A stretch of 59,438 bases of DNA, filler included, from Callorhinchus milii (Eukaryota): the NCBI RefSeq assembly GCF_018977255.1. It is 3 parts of 3 records of this genome, joined end to end, with 100 filler letters (N's around TTAATTAATTAA, not from the genome) between each part and the next. Parts side by side here need not be neighbours in the genome. Positions count along the whole stretch, not along the records: positions 25,089 to 48,984 come from NW_024704749.1; 2 more parts are not named here. The stretch is one strand, 5' to 3'. This document shows, piece after piece, positions 28,170 through 39,781 of the stretch (positions within the stretch are counted from its first letter, which is position 1; each line of letters opens with the position of its first letter). The notes under the pieces were generated by a model, which saw nothing but the letters and a program-made list of their open reading frames with translations, had not been told where the DNA came from and ran no database searches. The position numbers and the translations under genes were made by a program.

Positions 28170-28474
28170 CCCCAGGTGCGTCAGTCTGCCCAACAGCACA
28201 AAATCATCTGCAAACGCAAGCACCGCAATTCTATCGGAAATACCCGGGACAGACACACCGAGGCCACCCCAATAACATACTGGTGAGTGAGTACGTCGAA
28301 TAAAGCGCGTGACAGGTGGACCCTGTTTTAGAGAGGGAGAGGTTTGGGGAGTGCATTGAAGCACAAGAGGTTCCGATTGCAAACACTGGTGCAATACTGA
28401 GCGCTATCCCTGGAGGGCACCAACTCTACCAGAACCACAGACATGACCCATTGGTGAGACCAATACATAGCTTT
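28170..28474 (-). mobile_element. Decayed RT fragment of an R2/NeSL/Utopia-like (RLE-type) non-LTR element
   Basis: Ordered motifs KA..SHQW, KQG.PLS.ALF (across a frameshift) and IAVLAFADDFVLL, about 49 and 38 codons apart. Confidence 0.55.
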
Positions 28475-28918
28475 CCCCCCCCCATCCCCACCCCATAGAG
28501 ATGGGATCAACGGCTGAACAAGCATCCTTTACAAACCTCTTGTGGAGTGAGGAGACGAGACAGGAATGACGTTAATCCCTGCGAACCCAAGGCAAAGCCT
28601 TGGTTTGCTCGTGCCCCTCGCCCAGCCACAGCCAGTGTTTGGCCATCAGATTTCTTTCCGAAATGTTTAACCCGCCGCACAAGAACGGAATAGTTTGCCG
28701 GGCGAAGGAAGACCAAGCTCCGTCTCGTTCGCCTTCCACCATCCAGGCCGTCGCTTGCTTGACGTGTCGTGACCCAAACTACATACTGTGCCCCCGAGAT
28801 ATTACTTTCTAGCAGAAACGCAATACATTTCATCGCGATATACCAAACACCCTGTGGAGCAGGAAGCCCGGAAGAGAAGCCCTGAGACTGGGTACAATAA
28901 GGTGTTGCTGGCTCCTAC

Positions 28919-29203
28919 CTTGGCCCACTTGGGGTTCAAGTGACACGCTGTCAGAGCGTCCTCCAGGGCTGCTTGATAGTCCTGCAGCCTGACCAGCACA
29001 GCGGACCTGTTGCTGTACAGGATGCAGTTCTGAGGGTCGGCTGTGATGGCTTCGGTGTAGAGCTGGACGCCGGCGGCGAAGTCTCCGCGCTGGCAGGCCG
29101 CATTGCTCTCGCGCACCTTCTCGATGAACGCCGCTTTGCTGAGCGTGTGGGCCCCGCTGCTGCCAGAGATCCTGCGCATCAGACTCTCCTCAAAGACTGA
29201 ACT
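28919..29203 (-). CDS. TTC28: TTC28 exon 2 (N-terminal TPRs, 285 bp)
   Basis: TLSKAAFIEKVRESNAACQRGDFAAGVQLYTEAITADPQNCILYSNRSAVLVRLQDYQAALEDALTACHLNPKWAK; acceptor TTGCAG, donor GTAGGA; phase 0/0; DPQNCILYSNRS and LNPKW are characteristic of TTC28. Confidence 0.92.
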
Positions 29204-29839
29204 CTGCAACGGGAACAGCCGGACCTCAGCACCTCCGCACGCATGCGCACACACACGCGCACACACACACACGCGCACACACACACTCGCACACACACAC
29301 TCGCACACGCACACACACACGCGCGCCTCACCATCACACTCAGTCTAACACCAGTTCAGGTACCAGATCTTCGTAGTCCTCACCCTCGCACAAAAGTCTT
29401 CCCTTTGTCCCCTGGCCCTTTAACCTGCCGCCTTGCCCTCCCCTGAAGCCCCCCCCCCCCATCCCCCACCCCCCACCCGTGTGCCGTCGGACATCGACCT
29501 GTCAGTCAGTCGCTCTCGGAGCCGGGAGCAGGTCAGGATGTGGCACTGATAAATGTTTCTCCTTCACAGCGACGTGTCTCAAGAGACCCACAGCAGCACC
29601 GAGAACGCTGTGCCAACACCATAGCAACCAAACATCTTCACCATAGTGACGGCCATCCGGGGAGGTGAAGGGGTGGGTGGGGTGGAGGGGGGTGGGGGGG
29701 AGTGAGCGGGGGCACCAAGTGGCGACGAAGAAAACTCTCGACCTTCCACCCTTTAAGCAGCCGACGTCTTTCCGTTGCAGCTGCTCAGCAACGGCTCGAG
29801 CCGCAAAGGAGAGGAGGCGCACGTCAGCCTTCGCTCGTC

Positions 29840-30090
29840 TCACGCGCACACGCAGCGCACACGCAGCGCAGCGCACACGGAACACACATCCACAGCACAG
29901 CACACACACACAGCGCACCCACAGCACAGCACACACACAGAACACACACACACAGCCCAGCGACACAGCACACGCACAACAAACACACACAAACACATAC
30001 ACAGCTCACAGTCCAACACACACACACACACACAGCACAGGCACACAGTCCGGCACACATACACATACACGCACGCACGCAGCACGCTCC
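29840..30090 (+). repeat. Compound (CA)n/(CAG) low-complexity tract in TTC28 intron 1
   Basis: Directly visible. Confidence 0.85.
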
Positions 30091-30939
30091 AAAGCATTTT
30101 CGGACCCAGAACAAACTCCCTGATTCTCTGTTTGAGACCTGAAATTGAGACCTTTAAGCGCTCCGGGGGCACTGCCCCGTGCGAAGGGCGCTGTATAAAT
30201 GCAAATTGTTGCCGTTGTTAAAATGTTGGGACCGCGTCATTCCCATGGCCTCCCCCTCCCTGCAATAACTACGCTGCTCAGACGAGAGCATTCTCTGCAG
30301 AGAAGATATTTGGGGGACGGGTGTTCGGGTGAGGGTGGGGGGACAGAATTTGGGGACATGCAAATAGCGAGCCAGGAGGCAGAGCGTGCGGGACTCTGTG
30401 TCGCTGCGAGGGCTTTAAAAGGCCTGAACATTGGTTGCTACAGTAACTGACGGTGGAATTCTGCAGCTCCGTCACACAAGCTCTCGACACCAGGAGCCAA
30501 ATCTGACTTGAGGTTTAAACCTCACTTAAGACATTCGGGGATTAACTTGCGAGTCCTTTCTCCTGGGAGGCAGCTGGCGAGAGAGGTGGGCACCCACGTC
30601 AAACAAGCTGTATATATTTCTGTACGTATATATGTGCGCGCGAACGTGTTTTGAGACTGTGTTTGTGATGTATGTGTTTATTTATTTGTGTATAATAATC
30701 CTTGCATTTGATAGTGCGCCACAGCACGTCATCGAGACGTCTCAAAGCACCTCACAGGATTATACTGTACAGTGAATTGATTGTACATTTTGTGAGATAA
30801 AAATGTAGCCTGACCCCAGCACGCTCCGACAATTCACTGCTATGACAACCCGGGAGCATTGGAGACTCCAGAACTCATTCCAGCTTCTGTCACACCACTC
30901 ACCTCTCACTCATACCCTCACTCATATCACCCAGAGGTA

Positions 30940-31275
30940 AATGGGAACCCGGTTGTTAGACAAAACCAAAAAACAATAATAAATTGGTCATTTTCAATCC
31001 ACGACTGATTGCGGGACATTGCTGTGCGCAATTGGCTGCCGCGTTCGCCCACAAATATACAGTCAATTCACTTTACGGTGTGTTCTGTGAAGCGCTTTGG
31101 GACGTCCTCCCGACGTGAAAAGCGCTATATCAAATGCAAGGATTATTATTATTATTAATAGACGATCGGCGGATCGCTTTTCCAGGGGTAATAATCCCTT
31201 CGAAAAAAAATAACAAATTGGTCAATTCAATTCATGGCTGTTTGTGGGACACTGCTGTGCACAATTGGCTGCGTG
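30940..31275 (+). mobile_element. Nested SINEs: young truncated copy (30962-31158) inside an older copy
   Basis: TAGAC duplicated at 30957-30961 and 31159-31163; the older SINE body resumes after it. Confidence 0.78.
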
Positions 31276-31644
31276 GGGCGTTAGAGGATGTGACGACAGC
31301 ATGATTAAGGCAAACAGAGTTTGAAAAGCAAGGAGAGAAATCAGAAGATGAAGGTAATTCAGGGAAGGGTTCGGAGGGGGGGAGGCAGGAGGAGAGTGGG
31401 TAGATATAGTGGCTGAAGACTGGACAACTGATGTCAGAAGGAGTTAGAGGAAATGGTTCAATCCTGGTCTGCCATCCGCAGTGCTGGGTTAAGGGAAAGG
31501 GGAGAAAAATCATCATGGGTTCACTTTCCTGACTGTCTTCGGGAACATAAAAACACAAGAAATTCTAGACGGAAAAAAGACCAAGGTCCATGAAGTTCGC
31601 CTTCCACCTTCCCGGGCGGTGGCTTGCACATATGTCCCGAACTA

Positions 31645-31959
31645 GAATCCCGTAGCTCAGTGGTAAGAGCACTCGCTTTGCAAGCGAGAGACCTGGCTTT
31701 GATTCCCGGCAGTGTGAAACCTTGGGCAAGTTTCCTTACTCCATACGCCTGGTAATAATCCCTCAAGAAAATAAAACAATAATAAATTGGTCACTTCAAA
31801 CCACGACTGTTTGTGGGACAGTGCTGTGCGCAATTGGCTGCCGTATTTCGCCCTCAAATGTACTGTCAATTCACTTTACGGTCTATTCTTTGAAGCGCTT
31901 TGAGAAGTCTAGAAGACGTGAAAAGCGCTATATCAAATGCAGGGATTATTATTATTATT
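31645..31959 (+). mobile_element. SINE with internal deletion; clear tRNA-Ala(TGC)-like arm CTCGC-TTTGCAA-GCGAG
   Basis: A box, anticodon stem-loop and B box visible. Confidence 0.85.
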
Positions 31960-32122
31960 GTAACTACTTGTGCAATATCCCACAATGTTATTTCCTAAAA
32001 GAAAACTATCGAATCTGCGTTTAAAAGAATCAACACTTTCTGCTTCAACCAGTCTCCATAGGTTCATTATTCGGGGAACGACTGTCCACAGGGGAATGAC
32101 TTATTGCCCTGAACCTGAGGGT

Positions 32123-32153
<31 letters not shown>

Positions 32154-33851
32154 GGAAGAGTATGTGTGTGGGGGGGAGTTGGGTGGGGGGAGGGTGGGAG
32201 CCAAATTATAGATTTCTCTGGCAGCTGTCATTCTGTTCTCGAGCATAATGGGGAACATGTTAAGTGTCCGCCTGGGTCAAAGACATGTAAAAGGTCAGGG
32301 TTTTGTGCAAAAGGTCATAAGTACAAGTTATAAGGTTGCCAATGGGTGGATTAATGCTCTCAGCACCCCCCCACCCCACCCCCCACCCCCCACCCCCCAC
32401 ACCAACACACAACGTGAAAAGTGGAGGGAATCCGACAAATCCCACTTTTGCTTAGAAATAAAAACTGATCCAGTCCTGGAGTAGCCGAGGACTTTGCATG
32501 CCTTGTCTGTTTCCATGTGAATTCAGTCTGTTGCGTGTGTTTGGAAAACACAACAAAGGGTCTGACAGCGAACAGAGGCCTTTCTGCACAATATACCAAG
32601 CAACGTCACCTCTAATCAACTGCAGATCAGGATTCCTCTTGATCTTATGGGGATTGCATCAGACTTTTATTGCCATTTTTCTCCTTCTCTCAGAGGTACG
32701 TTATCTGATGTTCAATCTACCTGGACTCACGAGGAGTCCATCTCGTCCAGAATCCCCTCCGCAGAGCTACTCGGGAGGTACAAGTCCCCAAAAAACACAA
32801 ACACAAACACATACCAGCCCCCTCCCTCCCGACACACACACACAAGCTGGATTTACACCATCCAATGTGCCTCTGTTATTCTTAACTCAACATCAGAAAC
32901 CAAGTTGGAAGTGAGGGGCAGCTGGTGACAAGGCTGGTGACGCACACTCATACTCCAGACCCCTTAATGCCTCTTTAGCCAACAAAACCATTATCATCTG
33001 ACACACCACCACCCCCCCCCACCCCCCCCCCACCCCCACCGCCGTAACCAGCAACAACTGTCCCAAACACCAACAGTACACCAGTTAACAAGCAGGGATT
33101 GCCGAGTGCTTCGACCTGATTTATCATCACTGACACACAGTGAGTGTACGTGACACACTCGCTTGTGGGCACGATCAGGGCAGAGGATCCCACTTACGAG
33201 CAAACCCAAGGGGGTTGGGGCAGGTTAAACTGGACTTTATTTATCAGGAGTGGGAAGGGGGGGCATCTAAAAGTAAATGTCTTTTTAAAAAAATACACAA
33301 AATACAAATTCTTCCACAAAATACACAGTGACTACGCTTTACAACAACAACAACAACAACAAAATACATTTATAGAGCGCCTTTCACGTCGGGAGGACGT
33401 CCCGAGGCGGTGAAAGTCCATTCTGTGAAGCGCTTTGAGACATTTCGAAGATGTAACAGTAATAATTTTACTAATAATTAAAATAATAATAATCCTTGCA
33501 TTCGATACAGCGCTTTATCACGTCTTCAAGACGTCTCAAAGTGCTTCACGGAATATACTGTAAAGTGCAGTGACTGTGTATTTTGTGGGTGAAAATCACT
33601 GTAGAATAATATATAATAGTAAGGCACGATATCAAATACAAGGGTTATTAGCGTTATTATTGTCTACGTTAATGGGATACGTTAATGCTACGATCGTTAC
33701 CACGTCTGCTACAATTGCAGAAAATCTTGTGTCGGTGAAGCTATGAAGAAGAGGCGGAAACAAGAGGCTCCGAAACCGTTAGAAAAGTGAGACCTGTTTG
33801 CAGGTCACTCACTCACTATTCCCAGGGGTTGTTTCTCAGGTAGATGTGTGT

Positions 33852-33888
<37 letters not shown>

Positions 33889-34500
33889 GAGAGACTGAGT
33901 GAGTGGGGGAGAGAGAGACTGAGAGAGGGGGGGAGAGAGAGACTGGAGGGAGAGGTGGGGGGGAGAGAGACTGAGAGGGAGAGGTGGGGGGGAGAGAGAC
34001 TGAGAGAGTGGGGGAGAGAGAGACTGAGAGGGAGAGGTGGGGGGGAGAGAGACTGAGAGAGTGGGGGAGAGAGACTGAGAGGGAGGGGGGAGAGTGGGGG
34101 AAGACTGAGAGGGGGGGAGACTGAGAGAGTGGGGGAGAGAGAGACTGAGAGGAAGGGGGGAGAGTGGGGGAAGACTGAGAGGGGGGAGACTGAGAGAGTG
34201 GGGAGAGAGAGACAGAGGGAGGGGGGAGAGTGGGGGAAGACTGAGGGGGGGGAGACTGAGAGAGGAGTGGGGGAGAGAGAGACAGAGGGAGGGGGGAGAG
34301 TGGGGGAAGACTGAGAGGGGGGGAGACTGAGAGAGTGGGGGAGAGAGACTGAGAGGGAGGGGGGAGAGTGGGGAAAGACTGAGGGGGGGAGACTGAGAGA
34401 GGAGTGGGGGAGAAACTGATAAGAGAGGGGGAGAGAGAGAGAGACTGAGAGAGAGGGAGAAGGGGAATGACAGAGGGAGGAGGGGGGTGTGGGGGGGAGA
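33852..34500 (+). repeat. G/A-rich minisatellite (GAGAGACTGAGAGAGTGGGG-type units) after a long poly-G run
   Basis: Directly visible; explains the Pro/Ser/Leu pseudo-ORFs. Confidence 0.92.
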
Positions 34501-35397
34501 GAGGGTCTCCAGCACAGCACAGGCCCTGAAAAACTCTCTCAAATTCTCTCAACAGTGGCAGAAAAAAAGGGGGGGAAGAGGAGGGAGGGAAAGAAAAGGG
34601 AAAAGCTTTGGGGGGGAATTAACTTAATGCAGGAGAGAGAGAGAGAGAGAGAGAGAGAAAGAACAAGTCGCACTCAAAGAAAAGAAAAGAAAAGCAAAAC
34701 GAGGGGACAGTGATTTATTTATTTTGTGCAAAACATTACCCCCCAAAACCCCCCACAACCCCACAAACAACAGCGAGGACTCAAGATGGGACTTCAGGCT
34801 GTGTGTGTGTGTGTGTGTGTGTGTGTTTCCCCCCTTCTCTCCCCCCAACACACACATCTTCCAGGAAAAAAAAACAAGAGAGAGAGAGAGAGAGAGAGAG
34901 AAAAAAGTTATATAAAAGTGGGACCCCAAGAAAAATAAAAAGTTTTGTTTGACAGTTCTGCCCCACCCCAAAGCCACAGAGAGAGAGAGAGAGAGAGAGT
35001 GTGTGAGTGTGTGTGTTTGCTACAGGGATCCTGCACTCTTTTTTTTGGGGGGGGAGGGGGAGAGGGGGGAGAGAGAGAGAGAGTTGGGGGGGGAAAGGGG
35101 AAGGGAGGGGGAGACAAAAAGGGGGAGGGAAGAGAGAGAGAGAGAGAGAGTGGGAAAGAGTGTGTGGGGGAGAGAGAGAGAGAGTGGGAAAGAGTGTGTG
35201 GGGGAGAGAGAGAGAGGGAAAGAGTGTGTGGGGGAGAGAGAGAGAGTGGGAGAGAGTGTGTGGGGGAGAGAGAGAGAGGGAAGTGGGGGGGGGGGGGCAG
35301 TGGGTGGGTGGGTGGGGGGTAGACCGGGGTTCCCCCCCCACTCCCCCCCCCCACTCCCCAGGGAAACAATGGGATCAGGGGCTGGGAATGGCCTCAC

Positions 35398-35463
35398 CTT
35401 CTCCCGGGGCTCAGGTCTCAGCTCCATCCTCACTCCGCGCCTCAGCGCTGCGCTCCAACCCAT
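35398..35463 (-). CDS. TTC28: Probable TTC28 coding exon 1 (MGWSAALRRGVRMELRPEPREK; the start could be the second Met at 35427)
   Basis: GC-rich unique island with in-frame ATGs ending in AAG|GTGAGG, phase 0, compatible with exon 2; identified by position and phase, not by similarity. Confidence 0.6.
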
Positions 35464-35844
35464 CTCACTGCGGCCATCGAGAGGGACAAAGGGCTTCACT
35501 CCTCCTCACCCCCACTCTCTCTCTCCCTCTCTCTCACTCTCTCTCTCACTCTCACTCTCACTCTCTCCTCTCTCTCTCTCTCTCTCCCCCCTCCCCCTCT
35601 CTCTCTCTCTGGCGGCTCCTGTCCCACTCAAGTTAACAGTTCGCCATTGTTGTTGTTGTTGTTGTTGTTGCTCCTCCTCGCACTTTGCCTTTGGCACCAC
35701 AATCCCGTCCCGTCCGCCCTCCGCTGTGGCTCTGACTCCCCCCCTCTCTCTCTCTCTCTCTCTCGCTCTCTCCCCTCCACTCACTCACTCACTCACTCAT
35801 TCACACTGCGGGAGGCTCACACACCCCGTTCAAAGGGGGAGGGC

Positions 35845-36610
35845 TCCACTGAACCCCAACCCCCACCCCCCAAACCCCAGCCCCCAAACCCTCAAACCCC
35901 AGCCCCCCAAACCCTCAGACCCTAGCCCCAACCCTCAAACATCAACCCCCAAACCCCAGCCCCCCCCAACCCCCAAACCCCACCCCCCCAAACCCTCAAA
36001 CCCCACCCCCCCAAACCCCAGCCCCCACCCCCCAAACCCTCAAACCCCACCCCCCAAACCCTCAAACCCCACCCCCCAAACCCTCAAACCCAGCCCCCCC
36101 CCCAACCCCTCAGACCCTAGCCCCAACCCTCTCAAACATCAACCCCCAAACCCCACCTCCCAAACCCTCAAACCCCAGCCTCCACCCCCCCAAACCCTCA
36201 AACCCCACCCCCCAAACCCTCAAACCCCAGCCCCCACCTCCCCAAACCCTCAAACCCCAGCCCCACCTCCCCAACCCTCAAACCCCAGCCCCACCTCCCA
36301 AACCCTCAACCCAGCCCCCACCTCCCCAACCCTCAAACCCCAGCCCCCACCTCCCCAACCCTCAAACCCCAGCCCCACCTCCCCAAACCCTCAAACCCCA
36401 ACCCCCCCAAACCCTCAAACCCCAACCCTCAAACCCCAGCCCCCCCCAACCCCTCAGACCCTAGCCCCAACCCTCTCAAACATCAACCCTCAAACCTCAG
36501 CCCCCCCTCCCCCAAACCTCAGCCCCCCCCCCCCCCCCCGCAAAAAAAACCTCAGGCCGCAACCCCCAACCCTCCAACACCAACCCTGACCCCTCTAAAC
36601 CCTCAAACCC
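35845..36610 (+). repeat. C-rich minisatellite of CCCCAAA/CCCTCAAA units with a higher-order repeat
   Basis: CCCTCAGACCCTAGCCCCAACCCTC recurs at about 35912, 36107 and 36451; explains the 546-aa Pro-rich ORF. Confidence 0.9.
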
Positions 36611-38825
36611 GAAGGCCTCCGACCCCGAACCCCCTGACGGAGAATAACCGAACCCATCAGCCCCCGGGGACCGGTCTCGTTTTAGTTTGACCCCCACCCC
36701 ACCACACTTCCTCTCTCTGCCCCCGCAGGATATTTTAGACCCTGCATTCTGCTCATTTCATTAAACCTCGAGCAAACCCCCCCCCCCCCCCCCCAGGACT
36801 CTGACCCACAATCTACTGATGTCAAATCTGGTGCTTAACCGCCTAAGATTAATCAACGCAAGAATTAGCAGCCATTGGGGAAATTAACTTCAATACCTGG
36901 TTAGGAAAATTGTGCGCACACACAGGAGAATATGGACCTTATATAGAATATGAATTATTCTTATTATACTGAGTTTGCAGATAACTGGGGATTTTTTTTT
37001 TCCTCCCCACACTTGTGAAGGAAAAATATAAAAGCAGCAATTTCGTTTAATAATCATTGCATTTTACGCGGCACCTCATCACGTCTCCGCAAAAGTCTCA
37101 AAGCCCTTCGTAGCAGTCACTGGCCACTGGAGAGTGTGTTTTGATGGCAAATGCTGCAGAGCGATGTCCTACAAGCAGCCATAGAGCCAATCAGCAATTT
37201 TATTCAAATTTAATCCAAAACAGAGGGAAATAATAATTCTTGCATTTGATATAGTTCCTCATCACATCTTCAAGGCGTCTCAAAGCGCTTCACAGAATAT
37301 ACTGTAAAGTGAATTGAGTATGTTTTTATTATATGGGCAAAAAGTGGCAGCCAATTGTGCACAGCTTATCAGGACAGGAGATACCTTATATGTTATATAG
37401 AATGATATGGCATAGAAATAGGTCTGACAGAGAATCCTTGCCCACAGTGACAGGTCTGCCCTTCCACGTCCTGGAGTATGGAGGACCCACCTGGTTCAGG
37501 AACTAGACCACCACAGAGGGTTGAGTCCATTCTGGCATACGGTTGCCAAACACGTCACCTTAGAAGAACCAGTTCAGCTCCGAGGAGACCCCGCTTACCT
37601 CTCCCCCCCCACCCAACCCGGCCGAAGGATTGTCGCAAGTTGGGCCAAAGTTGAATAACACTGAATGAACATCTTCAGAATGTCAAAACTTTGGTCACTT
37701 TAATAAGCCATTGTCACAGATATTTACTTTGTACGTACAGGAGCTGTATGTGTTGTACAGGAACAAATCACTACTCGCTGTACTCACAAGAAATATTAGA
37801 TGAATTAATCTCACCACCAGCACAGTTTGCCCACGGAGGGCAGAAAATAAAGATGAAAATCAACCTGACCCAATCTTATCCTCACCCAATACGATATGTA
37901 CACTTTAGTACAGTGAGGATCAGGAGCTAGATTTGACTCTCCTGAGCCCAGGGAGCAGAAAAATTGTACTTCATCAATAACATGACTTTCCCCGAAATGA
38001 AATAATTCAGGACAGACCAGAACTTGTACCTGGGACTATTCCCCCCTTGCCCTCCGCCCTCCCCCAGCCTGACCCCCAGCTCGGATCCGTAACCGTCTGT
38101 CCAGCGCCTTGGAACGTCCTCCTGACGTGAAAGGCGCTTTACAAATGTAATTATTTTGTTGTTGTTTGGGCTTTGTGGTTCAGTGGTTTGATGAACCAGA
38201 CCCCGGGAGTGCTTCATTTATGTCGCATTTTAGAAAGACTCCAGAATTTGAGAAATTGCTTTAACTTTGAAGTCGGTTTGCTATAGTTCTATAATAATAA
38301 TCATTGCATTTGATATAGCCCCTTATCACGTCTTCGAGACGTCTCAAAGCGCTTCACAGAATGTACTGAAAGTGAATTCACTGTATATTTTGTGGGCGAA
38401 ACACACAACATATAAGGACATAGACCCAGATGGAATTTTTCTCCTTGGGAGAGTGAATGTGGTGTCCTGTCTCAGTTATGTAACACTGACGTTTGACAGA
38501 ATATCACAATTGGGAGTTTGAAGTTTTAGATAAAACTCGCTCAATTGCTCAAAAACCATAGATTGCAGCAATTACTCCAGTTCATAGTCCAGCGACCGGG
38601 ATGGGGCAGTGAGCGGCCCTTTTTACACTGGGCTCGATTTTACAGATATAAAACAAAGGTCATCCATCTTCTCAGCGATGACGATGACTTAAGGTTCTTC
38701 ATTGAGATGAACCTGGGGCAGAACGGATGCCATAGCGCAGAGCTCACCACCTAACGCAGTCAACAGAATGAAACGGGGAGGGAGGGAGTGGCAGAGCCTC
38801 TGTTATGAGAACACAGAACGTCCCA

Positions 38826-39181
38826 TTATTTAGCCATGTCGATCAGGCTCTGCAGGGAGGTGGGAACCCAGGTTTTCTCCCCCTGGACAAACACGACCCC
38901 CCGGTCTATATAGATGATGATTCTACCAAAGGTGTAGAGCTGTTTGCCCTCGTGCCGTTTGCCCATGAGGGGCATGAAGACAATGTTGTGCTCCTCAGCT
39001 TTGGCCTGGATCAGATCCTTGAAGTTCATGGGGATGGAGGTGGAGGTGACCCCGATGCCACGGTGGGCCATGCTCTCTGCCTCCCGACGCTCCTGCATCG
39101 CCTCGTACTGGAAGTCACGGCGGCGCTCAGTGTGAGTGAGGTAAGCGATGTTCTCCCGAGCCCCTGGCTGCATGTATCCGC
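38826..39181 (-). CDS. TFIP11: TFIP11 coding exon 12 (terminal)
   Basis: [14 protein letters not shown]...[22 protein letters not shown]; the 12 exons sum to 2496 nt = 831 aa plus stop, with all phases consistent. Confidence 0.96.
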
Positions 39182-39615
39182 CTGGTCGAGAAAAAGCCCC
39201 ACCATGAAATGTATCACACAAAGCAAGCAAGCCACGACTTACGCTGTAATTGGCCAGAAGCTGATTATCCATTGGCTGCCCGACAGCATTCACATGGCAC
39301 TCTTCACATGGGGGGGGGGGGGGGGGGGAGAGCTTCAGCGCGTTTCAGGGTGGTGGAGTTTGCCGCCGAGCCAGAGAGAGAGTGAGAGAGAGTGAGAGAG
39401 AGGAAAGTGACCGTAGGCACGAGGGTCGAAGAGGAAGATCTTCAGGTGCGGTATGGAGGCAGACAAGGAAGGGCAAGGTGGAAAGATTGAGGCAAAGAGT
39501 TCCAGAGACTCGGGGCTGAAAACACATCAACTAGGAGTGGGCGGAGTAGTACGAAGCCAAGAAGTAACCCAGTCAGTAAATTATCCGGGAGACCATTAAG
39601 CTCTGACACACTTAC

Positions 39616-39781
39616 CCACTGTGGAGGTGACTGCCCTGTTCATGATATCCAGGGCCTCATTGAACTTCTCCTTGATGGTCGGATGTGCCAACACCTGGTC
39701 AGAGAACATGGATTTCCAGCCCAGGTACCACTTAGTAATCTCCTCATAGTTGGGGCTGTTACTGAGCCATGAGCACAGCAC
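39616..39781 (-). CDS. TFIP11: TFIP11 coding exon 11
   Basis: [56 protein letters not shown]. Confidence 0.96.

Noticed and set aside
29499-29660. CpG-rich possible alternative first exon of TTC28 with RFX-like half-sites
   Set aside because: Weak donor (GTCGAT) and stops in the usable frames; not supportable without transcripts.
34949-36589. 546-aa Pro-rich ORF and the 230-245-aa Pro/Ser/Leu ORFs at 33805-34552
   Set aside because: These are translations of low-complexity minisatellites with no domain signal.
37430-38760. SRRD exons tail-to-tail with TFIP11, as in human
   Set aside because: No frame I translated resembles SRRD; the region looks like 3' UTR or intergenic DNA with SINEs.
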